Under the pieces are notes generated by a model. That model searched no databases, was not told where the DNA came from, and was given only the letters and a program-made list of their open reading frames with translations. The position numbers were made by a program, and so were the translations under genes. 64,000 nt of DNA from Vicinamibacteria bacterium (GTDB taxonomy: Bacteria; Acidobacteriota; Vicinamibacteria; Marinacidobacterales; Marinacidobacteraceae): assembly GCA_963668695.2 (NCBI GenBank), contig CAXXLQ010000004.1, positions 3,744,001 through 3,808,000 on the forward strand, written 5' to 3'. Of the stretch, positions 37,301 to 49,959 are shown piece by piece. Each line of letters starts with the position of its first letter. Within the stretch, counting starts at the first letter, position 1.

Positions 37301-38656
37301 ATGAGCAAGGCTGGATCGGGCGAGGGCCTGCAGCGGCGGATGGGGCTCCTCGGGGCCACCTCCACGAACATCATCGGAATGGTCGGGATCGGTCCCTTCC
37401 TGACCATCCCGCTCATGGTGTACGCGATGGGCGGGCCGCACATCATCTGGGCGTGGCTGGTCGGAGCGCTGCTCTCGCTTGCCGACGGACTCGTGTACGC
37501 CCAGCTCGGGGCTGCGCTCCCGGGGAGCGGCGGACCGTACATCTATCTGCGGGAGGCGTTTCGTCCGTTCGGACTCGGGCGGCTCATGGCCTTCCTGTTC
37601 CTCTTCCACATCCTGCTGGTGGCGCCCCTCTCGCTCGCCGGCGGCGCGGTGGGTTTCGCTGACTACGTTGGCTTCTACCTGCCGGAGTGGAGCGGGGTGC
37701 CCCACCACCTCGCCGCCGCCGGGGTCTGTGTGCTCGTCCTCTTCCTTCTCTACCGGAACATCGACTCGGTCGAGCGGCTCTCGAAGGCGATGCTGGCGCT
37801 CGTGCTCGCCACCACCGGCTGGGTGATCGTGGCCGGCCTCATCGAGAGTCCGGGACTCCCCTCGTTCGTCCCGCCGCAGGGGTTCGACGCCAGCTTCTGG
37901 CCGGCGCTCGGAGCCGGGGCGGTGATCGCGATGTACAGCTTCGGCGGCTACAACCAGGTCTGCAACATCGCCGGAGAGGTGAAGGACCCGGAGCGCAACA
38001 TCCCGCGCTCCATCCTGCTCTCCATCGCGGTAGTAGCCGTGATCTACATCGCCATGACCACCGTGATGCTCGAGCTCATCCCGTGGCAGGAAGCAGAGGC
38101 GAGCCGCACCCTGGCTTCCATCTTCATCGCCCGGACGGTCGAGGATCCCGGGCTCGCGCAACTCGCCGGGTCGGTGATCACCGCCTTGATCCTCTTCGTG
38201 GCGGTCGCCTCGGTCTTCGCCTTCGCGCTCGGCTATTCGCGGATGCCCTACGCCGCCGCCCGCGACGGACAGTTCTTCCGCATCTTCGGCAAGGTCCATC
38301 CCACCCGGGGCTTCCCCCACGTTTCCCTGATCTGGCTCATCGCGGTCTCGATCCCGTTCTGCTTCTTCAGCCTGGGCCAACTCGTAAACTGGCTCATGCA
38401 GGTCCAGATCCTCCTGCGCTTCACCTGGCAGTGCGTCGCGGTGCTGCTGATCGCCCGCTACCGGCCGGACATTCCCCAGCCTTTCCGGATGTGGCTCTAC
38501 CCGATCCCGGCGCTGCTGTCGCTCGTCCTCTGGATCGCGCTCTTCTTCACCGGGCCGCCCACCGGAGTCTGGTTCTCGCTCGGATTCCTGCTCCTGGGCC
38601 TCGCGGCCTACTGGGTCTTCCGCAGGCGGGAGGGCCACCGCACTTCCGCCGGCTGA
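37301..38656 (+). CDS. APC-family amino acid permease
   Basis: GMVGIGPF, YAQLGAALPGSGGPYIYL, AGEVKDPERNIPRSI, SRMPYAAARDG. Confidence 0.92.
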   Translation: MSKAGSGEGLQRRMGLLGATSTNIIGMVGIGPFLTIPLMVYAMGGPHIIWAWLVGALLSLADGLVYAQLGAALPGSGGPYIYLREAFRPFGLGRLMAFLFLFHILLVAPLSLAGGAVGFADYVGFYLPEWSGVPHHLAAAGVCVLVLFLLYRNIDSVERLSKAMLALVLATTGWVIVAGLIESPGLPSFVPPQGFDASFWPALGAGAVIAMYSFGGYNQVCNIAGEVKDPERNIPRSILLSIAVVAVIYIAMTTVMLELIPWQEAEASRTLASIFIARTVEDPGLAQLAGSVITALILFVAVASVFAFALGYSRMPYAAARDGQFFRIFGKVHPTRGFPHVSLIWLIAVSIPFCFFSLGQLVNWLMQVQILLRFTWQCVAVLLIARYRPDIPQPFRMWLYPIPALLSLVLWIALFFTGPPTGVWFSLGFLLLGLAAYWVFRRREGHRTSAG

Positions 38657-38682
38657 ACCTGGGACGCGGGCGGCGCTTCTAG

Positions 38683-38916
38683 CAGCCTGTGGTGGAACCC
38701 GGGTGAGCGCCGAGAGCGGCCAGTTCTCCCGGTGGGGGCGAGGCGCCCGGCTGACAAGGCGCGTGAGGGAGGAATACCGAGTGTATTTCGACCGAAACGC
38801 AACGCAGAGCGCCGCAAAGCGCCAGTTCTCCCGGTGGGGGGGCGGTTCAGCCGGGATGCATCGCCGCTCGAGCCCCCACCGGGAGAACTGGGCCGGCTGG
38901 GTTTCACCACAGGCTG
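38683..38916 (+). mobile_element. MITE family A, copy 3 (234 bp, expanded)
   Basis: Same TIRs with CTAG duplicated. Contains three copies of a 20-nt module. Confidence 0.88.
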
Positions 38917-39837
38917 CTAGCCCTCCACCCGTTTGTCGTTCCGATAAAACTCCACCCGCACTCCTCCGTTCTTCAGGTGGATGAGCCAGCGGCCCTCCCT
39001 CTTTCCCTCGACGTAATTCCCGCGGGCCACCCCGAGTCCCGGGAAGCGATGGACGAAGGCTCCGTGTTTCCTGCCGGCCACCATCGGGCCTTCCTCGACG
39101 CTGCCGCTTTCGTAGGTGAACACCCAGTTCCCCTCCGCCAAGCCGTCCACGTAGGAGCCTTCCGCCGCGTCCCCGTCCGCCCCGCGGGAAACCCACGGGC
39201 CGTGGCGCCTCCCCTCGACGAACAGCCCTTCCTCGACGCCCCCCTTGCCGTCCCCCTTGCCGTCCCCCTTGCCGTCCCCCTTGCCGTCCCGAAGCACCCA
39301 GAACCCGTCTCGCTGTCCATCGAGCAGTGGTCCTTCCTCGATTGCCCCGTCCGGGAATCGAAGGATCCAGGGGCCCTGCTGCTCACCGTCCACGTACGAG
39401 CCTTCCTCGACCTGTCCGTCAGCGCTGCGTTGGATCCAGTGCCCGTGGCGATCCCCATCCGCAAAAGGCCCTTCTTCCACCCTACCGTCCGGCCAGCGGA
39501 GGACCCAGTGGCCTTCCCGCTCGCCATCCACATAGGCTCCCTCCTCTTCCTGTCCATTCGGGAAGCGGTGGATCCAGGGCCCCACCCGCTCGCCGTCCTC
39601 GAAAGCCCCTTCCTCGACCTGCCCGTTCGGCCAGCGGAACACCCAGCGGCCGTACCGCACCCCATCCAGGTAGGTTCCTTCCTCGACCTTGCCGCTCGCC
39701 AGCCAAATGGTCCAGCGACCATGGCGCTCGCCGTCCCGGAAGCTTCCGGTCGCTTCGACCTCCTGAGCGCGGGCGCCAACCACCAGACTCCCGCTCATCA
39801 TCACCGCCGCAACCGCAGCGTTTCGCAGTGCCCTCAC
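38917..39837 (-). CDS. Secreted MORN-variant repeat protein (YwqK-like)
   Basis: Signal peptide, about 11 repeats of 23 aa (VEEGxYxDGxRxGxW), and a (DGKG)x4 12-bp tandem insert at 39240-39290. Confidence 0.8.
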   Translation of the reverse strand: MRALRNAAVAAVMMSGSLVVGARAQEVEATGSFRDGERHGRWTIWLASGKVEEGTYLDGVRYGRWVFRWPNGQVEEGAFEDGERVGPWIHRFPNGQEEEGAYVDGEREGHWVLRWPDGRVEEGPFADGDRHGHWIQRSADGQVEEGSYVDGEQQGPWILRFPDGAIEEGPLLDGQRDGFWVLRDGKGDGKGDGKGDGKGGVEEGLFVEGRRHGPWVSRGADGDAAEGSYVDGLAEGNWVFTYESGSVEEGPMVAGRKHGAFVHRFPGLGVARGNYVEGKREGRWLIHLKNGGVRVEFYRNDKRVEG

Positions 39838-39850
39838 ACTGCGACGGAGC

Positions 39851-41188
39851 TTATCTAAGCCTGCGGACGACGGGTACGCACCAGAAGTAGAGCGCCACGA
39901 GATCCACTCCGCGCGCGACGAGCGTCGCCCAGGACGCCGCGTACACCCCGACCATGTTGACGGGTCGAATCAGCGCCCAGAGCACAAACAGGACCGCAAC
40001 GGTTTCGATCAAGCCGGCCCAGGTGATGGCTCGGGTCTCGCCGCTCCACACGAGGAAGGCCCGATAGAAGGCGAGCAGAACCGAACACAGCGGCATCGCG
40101 ACCAGGATCTGAAGGGCGGGCACCGAGAGGTCCACGAGACTCGGCGTGAGTGCCGAAACCCCTCCGAACCAGAGGCCGGAGAGCGGAGTGAAGGCCATGA
40201 TGCCCTGCAGCACGCAGGCCACCACCCCGAGACCGACGGCGAATCGGAGCAGCGCCCGGAATCGCTGCCTGGTCCCGTCCATGAAGGCGATCGCCACCTC
40301 CTGGAAGGACAGGCCCATGCTGCGGAACAGGAAGGAAAGGGCGGCCACCACCGGATAGGTCGCGAGAGACTCGAGCGCGAGGCGCGAGTGCCCGAGGAAC
40401 AGGTTCACCAGCGGATGGATCGCGAGCGCGATTACCGAGCTCACGAGCAGCGGGATGTAGAAGTGGAGGATCTTGGGAAAGGTGAGCGGTTCGCCGCTCC
40501 TGGGAGTGGCGAGCACCTCGCGCACGCAGTCCGCCACCATGAAACGGGTCGCGATCGCTTCGACGACCACTGCCACCGAGAGCGCCGCGGCCCCGATGAG
40601 GGCTCCGGGAACCTCCGCATCGAAGAGCAGCCACGCGGTCACGCCCATGCCCGACAGACGGATGGTGGTGCCGTAGGCGATCCGCCGGGTGTGGCCGTGC
40701 CGGATGAGGAGCCCCTGGTAGAAGCGGCGGAAGCCGATGGCCGCCGGCCAGGGGAGGAGGATGAGAAGGGCCTGACGGCTCAACTCCGAGATCCGCGGAT
40801 CCAGGCCCATCACGCTCTCCGCGAGCAGCGGATAGAGCGGCGAGAGGGCCCACGCGAGCATCAGGAGCGTGAGCCCCAGGTTCAACGTCGCACCGAAACG
40901 GCGGAGCGAACGGAATGCCTCCCGATCCTTGCACAGCGCCGTGGAGGCGCTCAGGATCATGATGATCGGCGCCTCGAGGATCAGCGCGAAAGCGAAGGCG
41001 ACCCCGTAAGCGGCGAGGTTCACGGTGGCGTCGGGAAGTCGGGCAACCACCGCGGCCACCAACAGCCCCTCGACGGACATCATGATCCAGGTGGCGGCCA
41101 TCGGCAGCCAAACCCAGAAGATCCGGCTGGTGGTGAGTGGCGCTTGGGGCGGCGCCGCGACTGGGGTCTTGCCGAAGGTGGGGGTCAC
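39851..41188 (-). CDS. MATE/MOP-superfamily membrane transporter (ANKH-like)
   Basis: GTG start overlaps the hemW stop. About 12 TM helices in two homologous halves (FWVWLPMAAT / LHFYIPLLVS; LAAYGVA / LATYPVV). Confidence 0.7.
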   Translation of the reverse strand: MTPTFGKTPVAAPPQAPLTTSRIFWVWLPMAATWIMMSVEGLLVAAVVARLPDATVNLAAYGVAFAFALILEAPIIMILSASTALCKDREAFRSLRRFGATLNLGLTLLMLAWALSPLYPLLAESVMGLDPRISELSRQALLILLPWPAAIGFRRFYQGLLIRHGHTRRIAYGTTIRLSGMGVTAWLLFDAEVPGALIGAAALSVAVVVEAIATRFMVADCVREVLATPRSGEPLTFPKILHFYIPLLVSSVIALAIHPLVNLFLGHSRLALESLATYPVVAALSFLFRSMGLSFQEVAIAFMDGTRQRFRALLRFAVGLGVVACVLQGIMAFTPLSGLWFGGVSALTPSLVDLSVPALQILVAMPLCSVLLAFYRAFLVWSGETRAITWAGLIETVAVLFVLWALIRPVNMVGVYAASWATLVARGVDLVALYFWCVPVVRRLR

Positions 41189-42384
41189 GCCGCGTGCCGA
41201 TCTCCAAGCGCGTCGAGATCGACCTCGCGCGCCAGTGCGTCGGCGACGGCCAAGCCCTCGAGGGTGGGCCGCACCCAACCGCCTTCCGTGTCCTCGAGCC
41301 GCACGAGGCCGCGGGTCCCCCAATCCCGGAAGAGCGCCCGATTCGCCTGCAGAACCGTCTCTCCATAGCGGGAGGCGAAATCCCCGAGGGAGAGGCCGTC
41401 CGCCATGCGGAGGCGCAGAAACAGTTCTTCGAGCGCACGCTCGCCCGGACCGAGCGCCTCCCGCCCGGCGGTGGGGGTGTCTCCGCGGAGGACTGCGTCC
41501 TCCCAGTCTTCGAAGGCCCGCCGGTTCCAGGACCGTTCCGCCCGCTCCGGCGCGAAGGAATGGGCGGATGGCCCGACGCCGAGGTACTCCACCCCGGTCC
41601 AGTACTTCTGGTTGTGGCGGGATCGAAACGCGGGAGCCGCGGCGAAATTGCATGCCTCGTAGGCCGCCAGACCGCTGTCCGCGAGGGTCTCGTGAACCAC
41701 CCGGAAGAGCGCTCCCGCGTCTTCGGAACGAGCGGTGAGGTCCTCCCCTCGGGCCTGGCGGCGACCGAAGGGCGTTCCCGGTTCGATCGTCAACTCGTAC
41801 GCGGAGAGGTGCCTCACCCCGGGCAGCACCGCTGCGGCCCTCAGTTCCGCCCGCAGGGAATCCGCCGTCTGTCCGGCGGTTCCGAAAATGAGGTCGATCG
41901 AGATCCAGGGGATCCCGGCCTCGGCGAGCCGGGAGACCGCGACCGTGACACCCGACGCGGTGTGCACGCGGCCGAGGAACCGCAGGCGGGAATCGTCGAG
42001 CGCCTGCACTCCGAGGCTGACGCCCCAAACGTCCTCGGCCGCCCACTGGCGGGCAAGACCCGGGTCGCGGACCAGATCCTCGGGGTTCGCCTCGACGAAT
42101 ACGAACGGCGACGGAGCGGCGAGGCCTCTCTCGACCGCCGCGCCGACCATCTCCCGGAAGAAACCGGCGGGTGCCAGCGACGGGGTGCCGCCCCCGAAAT
42201 ACACGGTGTCCGCCCCGAGCGGCCCATCCCCGAGTTCTGCCCGGAGTTCCAACTCGGTGAGGAGGGCCTGCCGGTAGCGCTCGAGGCGCCGGGATCCCGA
42301 CCCGCCGAGCGGCGTTACCGCGAAGTCGCAATACGGACAGATCCGCGAACAGAAGGGAACGTGAACATAGAGCCCCGGCGGCAT
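41185..42384 (-). CDS. hemW: Radical SAM heme chaperone HemW (alternative GTG start at 42447)
   Basis: LYVHVPFCSRICPYCDF, TVYFGGGTPS, EANP, HLSAYELTIEPGT, HNQKYW, GVGPSAHS. Confidence 0.92.
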   Translation of the reverse strand: MPPGLYVHVPFCSRICPYCDFAVTPLGGSGSRRLERYRQALLTELELRAELGDGPLGADTVYFGGGTPSLAPAGFFREMVGAAVERGLAAPSPFVFVEANPEDLVRDPGLARQWAAEDVWGVSLGVQALDDSRLRFLGRVHTASGVTVAVSRLAEAGIPWISIDLIFGTAGQTADSLRAELRAAAVLPGVRHLSAYELTIEPGTPFGRRQARGEDLTARSEDAGALFRVVHETLADSGLAAYEACNFAAAPAFRSRHNQKYWTGVEYLGVGPSAHSFAPERAERSWNRRAFEDWEDAVLRGDTPTAGREALGPGERALEELFLRLRMADGLSLGDFASRYGETVLQANRALFRDWGTRGLVRLEDTEGGWVRPTLEGLAVADALAREVDLDALGDRHAA

Positions 42385-42443
42385 CGATTCCGGAGCTTCG
42401 GAAGGCCGTTCGATCGTCCGGGACGTCGGGTCCGGACGTTCGG

Positions 42444-44266
<1,823 letters not shown>

Positions 44267-44270
<4 letters not shown>

Positions 44271-46129
44271 GGGCGCGCGGTAGGGACCAGCGTTACGGTG
44301 CGCCGTTCCCCGTCGCGGAGGAACACCACGGTGAGCGGCTCGCCGATCCGGGCGGCCTCCAGCGCGTTCATGTAGTCGTAGATGTTGAGGACCGGAGCGC
44401 CTGCGAACTCGACGATCACGTCTCCCTTCTGAAGACCCGCCTTCTCCGCCGGCCCGCCGGCCATGACCCCGCCGAGCATCAACCCCAGGGTCTCGGTGGC
44501 GTACTCCGGGATGGTGCCGGTGTAGGCCCGCATCGAGGCGCGTGAGGCTGCGGTCTCCGGAGCGCGTTCCACCTGGCTGAATTCGGGGACCGGATCACTC
44601 TCGGCTACCCGCCGGGCGATGAGCCCGGTGAAACGGACGATCCGCGCGAGCCCTTCGTAGTTCAGCTTTTCGGCGGTATCCGAGGGCTTGTGGTAGTCGC
44701 TGTGGGTTCCGGTGAACAGGTTGAGGGTGGGCACGCTCTCACTGTTGAACCCCGAGGAGTCGGTGGGCAGATAGGGGTCGTCCGAAAGGGCCAGGTCGAA
44801 GCCGCCCGGGATGTTGGCCCGCTCCACGAACCCCGGCCAGACGCTTGAGGAACCCATCGCCTGCACCGTGAGCCGGTTCTCGTCGAGGCGGCCCACCATG
44901 TCCAGGTTGATGTAGGCAAGAAGCTGCTCCGGTCGGATCTCGTTCCGGAGGAATGCCCGCGATCCGAGCAACCCGGATTCTTCGCCGGACCAGAAGCCGA
45001 TCAGCACCGGCCGGGCGAGCGGAGCCTCGGAGAGGCTCCGGGCCAGCGCCAGCACCGCCGCGGTCCCCGAGGCGTTGTCGTCGGCGCCCGGATGGACGGC
45101 CGCCGGACCGTGCGGATTCAGCGAGCCGCTCCCGCCCATGCCCAGGTGGTCGTAGTGCGCGCCAACGGCAACATAGGGCGGGGTGACGCTCCCATCCGCC
45201 GCCGGCAGGATGCCGATGACGTTGGCCCCGCTGCCCGGCGTTCGTTGGAGGTTCACCGACAGGGTGGCGACACCGGTGAGGGGAAATGAGCCGCCGTCCA
45301 CGTCGCCCCGGTCAAGCGCCTGCTGGACCTCGGAGAGCGTGAACCCGCTACCCGCGAAGAGCCGGTCGCCGGCCGGCCCGTCAATGGAGACGGCAAGGAT
45401 GCCCTGACTGCCCGGGGCGGCTATGTCGAAGCCGTCGGGCGCGAACTCCCCTGCCCCCTCGGACTCGGGACCGGTGACCACCACCATCGCGGCGGCGCCC
45501 CGGTCGCGGGCAGCCGTCGCCTTCGACCGGAAGTCGGCGTGACGATTCAGAATCGCCCGCGCCTCGTCCTCCACGTCGTCGGGGAAGTAGCGGAGGACGA
45601 CCACCACCTTGTCGCGTACCTCGTGGCCGGCGTAGCTGTCGTACTCATGGCCCGCGTTCTCGGGCAGGCTGATGCCGTAACCGGCGAAGAACAACTCTCC
45701 CCGGGCCTCGCCCGTCTCGGAGAACGCGAACGCGCGAACTTGGTCGCTTCCGAACCGCTTGTGTCCCCCCGCGCGCAGCGTGGATCCGAGATCCTCCACG
45801 CCGGAAATGAAGCGGAATGGAACCCCGAGATCCTCCTGTCCCGGCAGCGGCCGGGCCCCGGCGGCGTCCAGTTCGGACATCAGGTAGCGGCGGGCAGCCG
45901 CCGCTCCGGGGGTCCCCACCGCGCGACCCTCGGTGCCCGGCCCGGTCAGCGCGGCAACGTCGGTCCGCAGATCTTCCGGTGTCTGGTCTTCCGGGGTCTG
46001 GCCGAACGCCGGAGAAGGCGCCAGCGGCGCGAGCAGCAGTCCGGACGCGAGGCCGGCGGCCGCCAGACCGTGCGGAATCGCGCTGTCCCATTCCCGGGTT
46101 GGCCGGTGTGCGATGGGACGGCTGATCAT
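44267..46129 (-). CDS. M28 family peptidase with PA and PDZ domains
   Basis: Own signal peptide and ATG overlapping the upstream stop. GAHYDHLG, GADDNASG, GEESGLLGS, NLDMVG, DYHKPSD and a C-terminal PDZ. Confidence 0.92.
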
Positions 46130-47313
46130 TCCGGTGTCTCCCCGCCGCCGGCGCGAGCCGGGGCCTCGCGGAGGGCAGCCAGCGCTTCTTCGTGGTTCCA
46201 GTCGGCCAGGTAGATCTGGCCCCCGGCCCCCCCGTGGCGGCTGGACGTCCAGGCGAGTCCCGTTCCCTCCGGGGTCGGGACCGGCAGGCCATCGAACCCG
46301 TCGGTAGTGGTGATTCGGACCGGTTCCTTCTCCCCGGCGACGTCCACCATGTACACCTCGAAGTTGGTGAAACCGAGCTTGTTCGAGGCGAACAGCACGT
46401 ACTCGCCCGAGGGGTGGACGTAGGGGGCCCAGCTCATGGCCCCGAAATCGGTCATCTGACGCTGGTCGCTTCCATCCGGCCGCATCGACCAGACGTCCGC
46501 GATCAACCCGTCCTCCGAAAAGCGGCGCCAGATGATCCGGGAACCATCGGGAAAGAAGAACGGGCCGCCGTCGTATCCCGGAACATCGGTGAGCCGCCGC
46601 TGCTCGCTCCCGTCCGCCCGCATCACGTAGATCTCGGCGAAGTACGAGGGATCGATCTCGGCGAGACGCGCTTCCCGCTCGGAAAGCTCGCGCTCGAACA
46701 TGTCCCGCATCGCGGTGAAGACGATCCATTCGCCGTCCGGCGACCAGCTTCCCTCGGCGTCGTATCCGTGGGCGTCCGTGAGACGCACCATTTCTCCATC
46801 GGAACGCCGTTCGACGAAGATGTCCATGAAGGGGTCGTAGTCCCACGCGTAACGGCGTTCCTGGCCGCTCTCCCGGAACGCGATCTCCTCCTGCTGCAAC
46901 TCGACGGAACGCGGATCGAGATGCGTCGAAGCGAAGAGGATGTCGCCGTTCTTCCCCGAGATGAAGCCGCAGGTTGTCTTCCCCTGCCCGGGGGAGATTC
47001 GCCGCACGTCGCCGGTCTCCATGGAGAGCAGATAGATCTGGAAGAACGGATTCCCCGGCTCCCGCTCCGACTGGAAGACCATCTCCTTCCCGTCCGGCGA
47101 GAAGTACCCCTCGCCGGCACGCCTCCCCTCGACCGTCAGCCGCCGGATCCGGCTCAGGAACCGCGACTCGTCCTCATCCCCCTCCCCTGCGGAAACGGGG
47201 GCAGACAGGCCCCCACTCAGAGCAGCAAGCAGAGCAGCAGTCAGAGCAGCAGGCAGAGCAGCAAGGAGTACAAACACGAGGCGGCCGGAAACACGCCGCA
47301 ACGACTGGAGCAT
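46126..47313 (-). CDS. TolB-like PD40 beta-propeller protein (start uncertain)
   Basis: GEGYFSPDG, GKTTC, YDAEGSWSPDG, GYDGGPFFFPDG, FDGLP. The signal peptide carries an (AALx)x4 12-bp repeat at ~47219-47266. Confidence 0.88.
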   Translation of the reverse strand: MLQSLRRVSGRLVFVLLAALPAALTAALLAALSGGLSAPVSAGEGDEDESRFLSRIRRLTVEGRRAGEGYFSPDGKEMVFQSEREPGNPFFQIYLLSMETGDVRRISPGQGKTTCGFISGKNGDILFASTHLDPRSVELQQEEIAFRESGQERRYAWDYDPFMDIFVERRSDGEMVRLTDAHGYDAEGSWSPDGEWIVFTAMRDMFERELSEREARLAEIDPSYFAEIYVMRADGSEQRRLTDVPGYDGGPFFFPDGSRIIWRRFSEDGLIADVWSMRPDGSDQRQMTDFGAMSWAPYVHPSGEYVLFASNKLGFTNFEVYMVDVAGEKEPVRITTTDGFDGLPVPTPEGTGLAWTSSRHGGAGGQIYLADWNHEEALAALREAPARAGGGETPE

Positions 47314-47471
47314 AAGGAGAACGGGAACTGCGAATCGGCCGAACGGTAGCGGAGCACTGTACCACGCACCCCGGACCGCGGGGTCGCCCGGCGGCAGGTG
47401 CACACACGAGTCATGGATCACGGATCGCCGGTCACCGCCTCGGCGGGTCGAAGGTCGGCGAGGACGCCAGA

Positions 47472-47940
47472 CTACTCGGAAACGAACCCCGGGCCGCGCA
47501 GCGCCTGGCCGGGAAGCGCCCGGGTGTACTCGCCCTCATCGACCACCAGGGCGCCGTTCACCAGGACGTACCGCATACCGATCGAGTAGTGGAACGGGTC
47601 TTCGAAGGTGGCCACCCCGCGGATCGTCTCCGGATCGAAGATCGCCAGGTCGGCGAAGTTGCCTTCCACCAGCGTCCCCCGCTCCTCGAGTCCCAGGATC
47701 TCCGCGGGAAGCCCGCTCAGCTTCCGAATCGCCTCCTCCCAACTCAGCAGGCCTTCTTCGCGCACGTAGGTACCGAGGAGGCGGGGAACCGTCCCCAGAT
47801 GACGGGGATGCACGAGTGGGGGAAGGTTCTCCGAGTCGAGGTCGATGGTCCCGCCATCGGTTCCACCGGCCACCCGCTCAGGCCGGCGGAGACTCCGAAC
47901 GCCCCCTCGGACATCGCGTCCCGCACCGGTCCCAACATTC
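47472..47940 (-). pseudogene. Orphan 3' copy of the D-aminoacylase gene plus a short mid-gene fragment
   Basis: 47472-47873 matches 63352-63753 with 5 substitutions. The adjacent ~47876-47940 encodes VRDAMSEGAFGVSAGL, a mid-protein D-aminoacylase motif. Confidence 0.85.
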
Positions 47941-48017
47941 CTGAGGACCGGAGTGTTCCCGTAGTGACGGCACGCCGCCCCCGCCAGATCAGGATCCAGG
48001 CGGGGGTCCGGCTCCTC

Positions 48018-48452
48018 CTAACCGAGCCGTAGCAGACCGAATACTCCTGACGGGAGCGGCTGGGGCAGCAGTAGCCGGAAAAGCACCCAGACGAAAGCCG
48101 CAAGCGCGATCGCCATGGTGACCGAAGACAGCCAACCCTCGGCGCCCCGGATCCGCTGGAAGGCGACGACAAACAGCGCCGGACCGGCGACAAAACCCAG
48201 CGTCGCGACGAGGGCGGGAAGGGCGGCAACCCATGCGCAGGCCGATACAACCTCGGTTCCGGACGGCCCGGTGCCGGTCTCGGCTCCGTCCCCGTCCCGA
48301 TATTCCTGGTACAGCCGCCATCCCAGAACGGCGATCAGCGGCGCGAGCACCATCAGCGGGCCGCGACGCGCCTGGGCGCCGAGTGAGAGCGTCTGGATCC
48401 CCGCCAGGGCAGTCGCTGCGGCAAGCAGGGCCGTAAACGGTTGGACTCTCAT
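48018..48452 (-). CDS. tctB: Tripartite tricarboxylate transporter small subunit TctB
   Basis: Four TM helices, C-terminal FRLLLPQPLPSG, and ATGA overlap with tctA. Confidence 0.7.
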   Translation of the reverse strand: MRVQPFTALLAAATALAGIQTLSLGAQARRGPLMVLAPLIAVLGWRLYQEYRDGDGAETGTGPSGTEVVSACAWVAALPALVATLGFVAGPALFVVAFQRIRGAEGWLSSVTMAIALAAFVWVLFRLLLPQPLPSGVFGLLRLG

Positions 48453-49957
48453 CGCGGTGTTCTGCGGTGGCTCAGCAACCGCGGCAAGATTACGGTGCCC
48501 ATCACGAGCGCAGCGCCAACCAGCACCGAGGGCCGGGTCCAGAAATTCACGCGGCCGAGTTCGTGGAGCGTCATTGTGAGGCTCAGATTCACTTCGAGAA
48601 GCGGACCCAGAATGAGCGCCATCACGAAGGCGATTCGTGGCCACCCGTACCGCCGCATGCCGTAGCCAGCGATGCCGAAAGCGAAGGCCACGAAGACATC
48701 GGCCAGACGCGCTCGATAGCCCATTGCGCCGACCGCCGCGAACACGAGCACGACCGGCACGAACTGCACGCTGCGGACCGTGGCCAGGCCGGCCATCCGA
48801 CCGGCGAGCGCCAATCCGAGCAGTGACGTGATCCAGTTGGAAAGAAAAAGCGCCCAGAGCAGCCCGAACACCAGATCGAGGTCGTTCTGGAGCAGGCCCG
48901 GGCCCATCTGCAGGCCATGCACCTCGAGCCCGGTGAGTAGCACGGCCGTACCGGCGCTTCCCGGAATTCCGAGGGCGAGGGTGGTGAGCAACGAACCGCC
49001 GTCCTTCGCGTCGTTCGTTGCCTCGGGCGCCAGCACCCCGCGGACATCCCCCTTTCCGAAGCGCCCCGTCTCGCCTGCGGTGCGACGGGCCTCGTTGTAG
49101 GCAATGAAGGAGGCAGCGGTGCCCCCGATCCCCGGTATGACCCCCACCATGGTCCCGATGAGCGAACTGCGGAGGAAGACCCCCGGGAACCGAAACACCG
49201 AGAGTACGCCGTCGATCGCACTCCCCCCGAGCCCCTCCGAACCGATCCGCTCGGCGACGCGGTGACGGCGACTCGACACCAGCTCGATCGCCTCGGCAAT
49301 GGCAAAAATGCCAATGAAAGCCGGGATCAGAGGAATGCCGTCGAGCAGATAGAGCGTCCCGAACGTGTAGCGGGCCTCGGCCGAGATGGGATCGAGACCG
49401 ACAAACGATCCCATGAGCCCCAACCCGACCAGGATGAATCCCTTCACCGGGATCGTTCGGATCACGGTGGCCACCGTGAGGAGGCCCCAGACGGTGAGCA
49501 CGACCATCTCCGCGGGTCCAACCAGGTGCACAACGCTACTGATGACAGGCAGGAGCACCACCACCACCGCGATACCGACCGAGGACCCGAGCGCGGACGC
49601 AGCCGCCGAACAGGCGATCGCTTCCTTCGCCCGCCCCTGCTGCGTCATCGCATGGCCGTCAATCGCGGTCGCGGCATTCGGGGCCGTTCCCGGGATGTTG
49701 AAGAGAATCGCGGTGACCGAACCCATGAAGGTTCCGCCACCCACCAGCGCGCCGAAAACCACCAGTGCAGGCTCGAGTTCCCAGGAAAACGTCAGCGGCA
49801 CGGCCAAGGCCAACAGGGTGATGGCGCTGACCCCCGGCAACGCGGCGACGACCATGGCGGCCATCGTCGCCAGCAGCAGATAGACCGGGTTCGGCCAGGA
49901 AAGCACCAAAACGAGACCGCGCCAGGCCCCGTCGAGGACCGGCGCCAGAACCTCCAC
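48449..49957 (-). CDS. tctA: Tripartite tricarboxylate transporter permease TctA
   Basis: GSVTAILFNIPGT...AIDGH, IPGIGG, FGKG...APEATNDA..GGSL..LALGIPGS. Confidence 0.93.
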   Translation of the reverse strand: MEVLAPVLDGAWRGLVLVLSWPNPVYLLLATMAAMVVAALPGVSAITLLALAVPLTFSWELEPALVVFGALVGGGTFMGSVTAILFNIPGTAPNAATAIDGHAMTQQGRAKEAIACSAAASALGSSVGIAVVVVLLPVISSVVHLVGPAEMVVLTVWGLLTVATVIRTIPVKGFILVGLGLMGSFVGLDPISAEARYTFGTLYLLDGIPLIPAFIGIFAIAEAIELVSSRRHRVAERIGSEGLGGSAIDGVLSVFRFPGVFLRSSLIGTMVGVIPGIGGTAASFIAYNEARRTAGETGRFGKGDVRGVLAPEATNDAKDGGSLLTTLALGIPGSAGTAVLLTGLEVHGLQMGPGLLQNDLDLVFGLLWALFLSNWITSLLGLALAGRMAGLATVRSVQFVPVVLVFAAVGAMGYRARLADVFVAFAFGIAGYGMRRYGWPRIAFVMALILGPLLEVNLSLTMTLHELGRVNFWTRPSVLVGAALVMGTVILPRLLSHRRTPR

Positions 49958-49959
49958 GG

